This document shows, piece after piece, positions 13,497 to 15,230 of a DNA stretch of 15,230 bases. The stretch is from sequence record KY579375.1, one strand, 5' to 3'. Both the position numbers and the translations under genes were made by a program. The notes beneath the pieces are model-generated. The model made no database searches. It was not told the DNA's origin and was given only the letters and a program-made list of their open reading frames with translations. How positions within the stretch are numbered: the stretch's first letter is position 1; every line of letters begins with the position of its first letter.

Positions 13497-13738
13497 TGAC
13501 AGATGCAATTAGCTTAGCTTTACAAACGGGATTAGGACCCGTTATAGCAATAATCATCACATTAGCAATGATGGGACTGGTGTACAAAATGGCGGGAAAG
13601 ATACCCGCAATTCTAGTGGGTATAGCATCAACTTTCACCCTAACTTTCATGAATTTTTTACCGCTTTTTTGGGGTGTTACGATTATTTTTGGGTTAATCG
13701 CGGGCTTAGTCTTAGGAGGTGATAGAAATGGGGACTAA
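13496..13738 (+). CDS. b78: B78-like small membrane virion protein
   Basis: 80 aa, almost entirely hydrophobic; TAATG overlap with vp4. Confidence 0.88.
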   Translation: MTDAISLALQTGLGPVIAIIITLAMMGLVYKMAGKIPAILVGIASTFTLTFMNFLPLFWGVTIIFGLIAGLVLGGDRNGD

Positions 13739-14231
13739 GCTTATCATATACGTATTGATTTTTGATATCTTTCTATCGTTAATGGTAGGAGCTTATTCGG
13801 GTATAACACCACCCAGTATCCCGCCAGAACCAAGCTACTCAATTGCCCAAGCAATAGCATCATCAATCGTTTGGACAGCGGGATGGGGTCCTCTAACGTT
13901 ATGGGGTCCAGTCACATTAATTCCACCATTCTCAATATTGGGGGCTAACTTTCCCGGTTTGACGTTACCGGGTCTAACGATACCGGGTGTGACATTATTT
14001 AGCATTAGTTTCTCATGGTTAGCCCCAATTCTTTACGTGTCTGAATGGTTAGTGTGGATCTCTCAAGTAATTTCGAGTGTAATCAGTTATCTCTTCAGCA
14101 TTTTCACTTCTTCTATAAGTCTGTTAGCGAATGTGTCAGTTGTAGGGCCGTTTTTAACGGCGTTTGTGCTAATCGTTAACTTCATACTGATTTGGGAATT
14201 GGTGAAGTTAATACGGGGATATGGGCCATGA
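13728..14231 (+). CDS. c166: C166-like membrane protein
   Basis: ATG 13728 with RBS GGAGGTGA; hydrophobic and Pro/Gly-rich; synteny. Confidence 0.88.
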   Translation: MGTKLIIYVLIFDIFLSLMVGAYSGITPPSIPPEPSYSIAQAIASSIVWTAGWGPLTLWGPVTLIPPFSILGANFPGLTLPGLTIPGVTLFSISFSWLAPILYVSEWLVWISQVISSVISYLFSIFTSSISLLANVSVVGPFLTAFVLIVNFILIWELVKLIRGYGP

Positions 14232-14554
14232 CTTATAATGCAAATGAGATAAGGGCGAAAATCGTTAGGAGGAAGATTTTGCAACTTGTGGTAGAAAACT
14301 ATGTTTTGTCTGCATCACTTATCTCGCACACACTTCTGTTAAGCTATGCTACAGTGCTTAGACATCTTAGGATCCTAAATGACCAGGGCTATATCGAATT
14401 GTACAAAGAAGGGAGGACATTATACGCAAAAATACGCGAAAACTCGAAAGAAATTCAGATTCTGAATTCAGAACTGCGGGGGTTTAAAAAGCTTAGTGAG
14501 AAACCAGATTTGACCAAAAATGGAGGTTTGGTCAAAACTAAAGATAACACATGA
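14228..14554 (+). CDS. b115: B115-like ArsR-type HTH regulator
   Basis: ATGA overlap with c166; RRKILQLV...[30 protein letters not shown] wHTH. Confidence 0.9.
   Translation: MTYNANEIRAKIVRRKILQLVVENYVLSASLISHTLLLSYATVLRHLRILNDQGYIELYKEGRTLYAKIRENSKEIQILNSELRGFKKLSEKPDLTKNGGLVKTKDNT
14470..14519 (+). promoter_or_regulatory. T2-like vp1 promoter inside b115
   Basis: GGGGGTTTAAAAA with TATA at 14483-14490, 30 nt before ATG 14520; resembles the recalled SSV1 vp1 promoter. Confidence 0.7.
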
Positions 14555-14933
14555 GACACTTAGAGTTGCAAAGAACCCGCACAAATTCTTTACGAAAGAC
14601 CAAATAGAGGAGGCAATCAAGATCTTCTACCAGACTTGGGATGGAAATATTGTCAGTTCAGCAAGGAAATTTGTAGAAGTGGCATCCAAAAACCCCAAAC
14701 TTACTAGGGGCGAAGCAACTAACATAGGAGCAATCTTAGGCCTATTCATCTTCATTTTGATAGGCATAGTACTATTGCCCGTAATCGTTAGCCAAGTAAA
14801 TAACTTAACGTCAGGTACTACACCTAGCGTAACCGGCACAAACGCCACACTCTTACAACTAGTGCCGTTATTCTACATCCTAGTGTTAATAATAGTCCCC
14901 GCCGTCGTAGCGTATAAGATATATAAAGATTGA
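14520..14933 (+). CDS. vp1: Major capsid protein VP1 precursor
   Basis: Conserved processing site GE/ATN (E65), 72-aa mature protein with two hydrophobic helices, sequons NLT and NAT, C-terminal AYKIYKD. Confidence 0.97.
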   Translation: MEVWSKLKITHETLRVAKNPHKFFTKDQIEEAIKIFYQTWDGNIVSSARKFVEVASKNPKLTRGEATNIGAILGLFIFILIGIVLLPVIVSQVNNLTSGTTPSVTGTNATLLQLVPLFYILVLIIVPAVVAYKIYKD

Positions 14934-14948
14934 TTTGAGGGATGAGGG

Positions 14949-15230
14949 ATGGAGGAGGTTAATTTAAAGCAAATTCTTTTTTTGGTAATTTTCGATATAC
15001 TTGGTGTCGTTCTGTTTCAGCCCATCATATCATTTGTGAATAATATAACCACATCTGGTAGTTACACCACTGTTGTATCAGGCACTGTAACACAAACGCA
15101 ATTCGTTAGCAATCCTAACTATGTAGGCTCTTCAAATGCCCCACTGGTCTCGTTAGTCCCGCTCTTCTACTTGATAGTGCTAATTGTAGTGCCCGCGGTC
15201 ATAGCATATAAAATCTACAAGTCTGAATAG
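14949..15230 (+). CDS. vp3: Minor capsid protein VP3
   Basis: Paralogue of mature VP1 (LVPLFY...VPAV.AYKIYK); RBS GAGGG. Confidence 0.96.
   Translation: MEEVNLKQILFLVIFDILGVVLFQPIISFVNNITTSGSYTTVVSGTVTQTQFVSNPNYVGSSNAPLVSLVPLFYLIVLIVVPAVIAYKIYKSE

Larger units (their letters stand above)
1..15230. mobile_element. Complete fusellovirus (Sulfolobus spindle-shaped virus) genome, episomal form
   Basis: Full SSV gene order is present (a82-c84-a92-b277-a154-b251, int, early blocks, vp4-b78-c166-b115-vp1-vp3). The integrase is intact with an internal attP, so this is not the integrated form. The end (vp3 TAG) joins the start (a82 promoter) with the same stop-GCCCTTTATAAA layout seen at 9690-9705 and 11031-11044. 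Confidence 0.97.

Noticed and set aside
13277-14848. ORFs 13277-13489 (+), 14087-14284 (-) and 14627-14848 (-)
   Set aside because: Nested in or antisense to vp4, c166/b115 and vp1; no start signals.

Overview
The window looks like a complete (apparently circular) genome of a fusellovirus (Sulfolobus spindle-shaped virus, SSV2/SSV4-like), numbered from the base after the vp3 stop codon. From memory, and unverified here, 15,230 bp is the length of SSV3. Recognisable modules: the core late operon (a82, c84/a92, b277, a154, b251 ATPase); an SSV-type tyrosine integrase containing attP, which is the 3' half of tRNA-Glu(UUC); a leftward early block (d244-like nuclease, d63, a SocA/Panacea-like protein, an acidic wHTH protein, RHH regulators including E73); a rightward early block (a100, c80, a79 remnant, a45, cas4, b129); an accessory pair of a secreted protein and a membrane protein; and the virion module (vp4, b78, c166, b115, vp1, vp3; no vp2). 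Most interesting: (1) the secreted 311-aa protein at the killer-toxin locus carries eqolisin (peptidase G1)-like Q/E motifs and sits next to a candidate immunity protein; (2) a 125-bp element of exactly concentric inverted repeats with G-rich iterons; (3) a cluster of eight GCWGC sites in 88 bp; (4) an orphan Panacea-like antitoxin; (5) lesions in b277 and a79. All homology calls come from my own motif recognition and recall; no database search was run.
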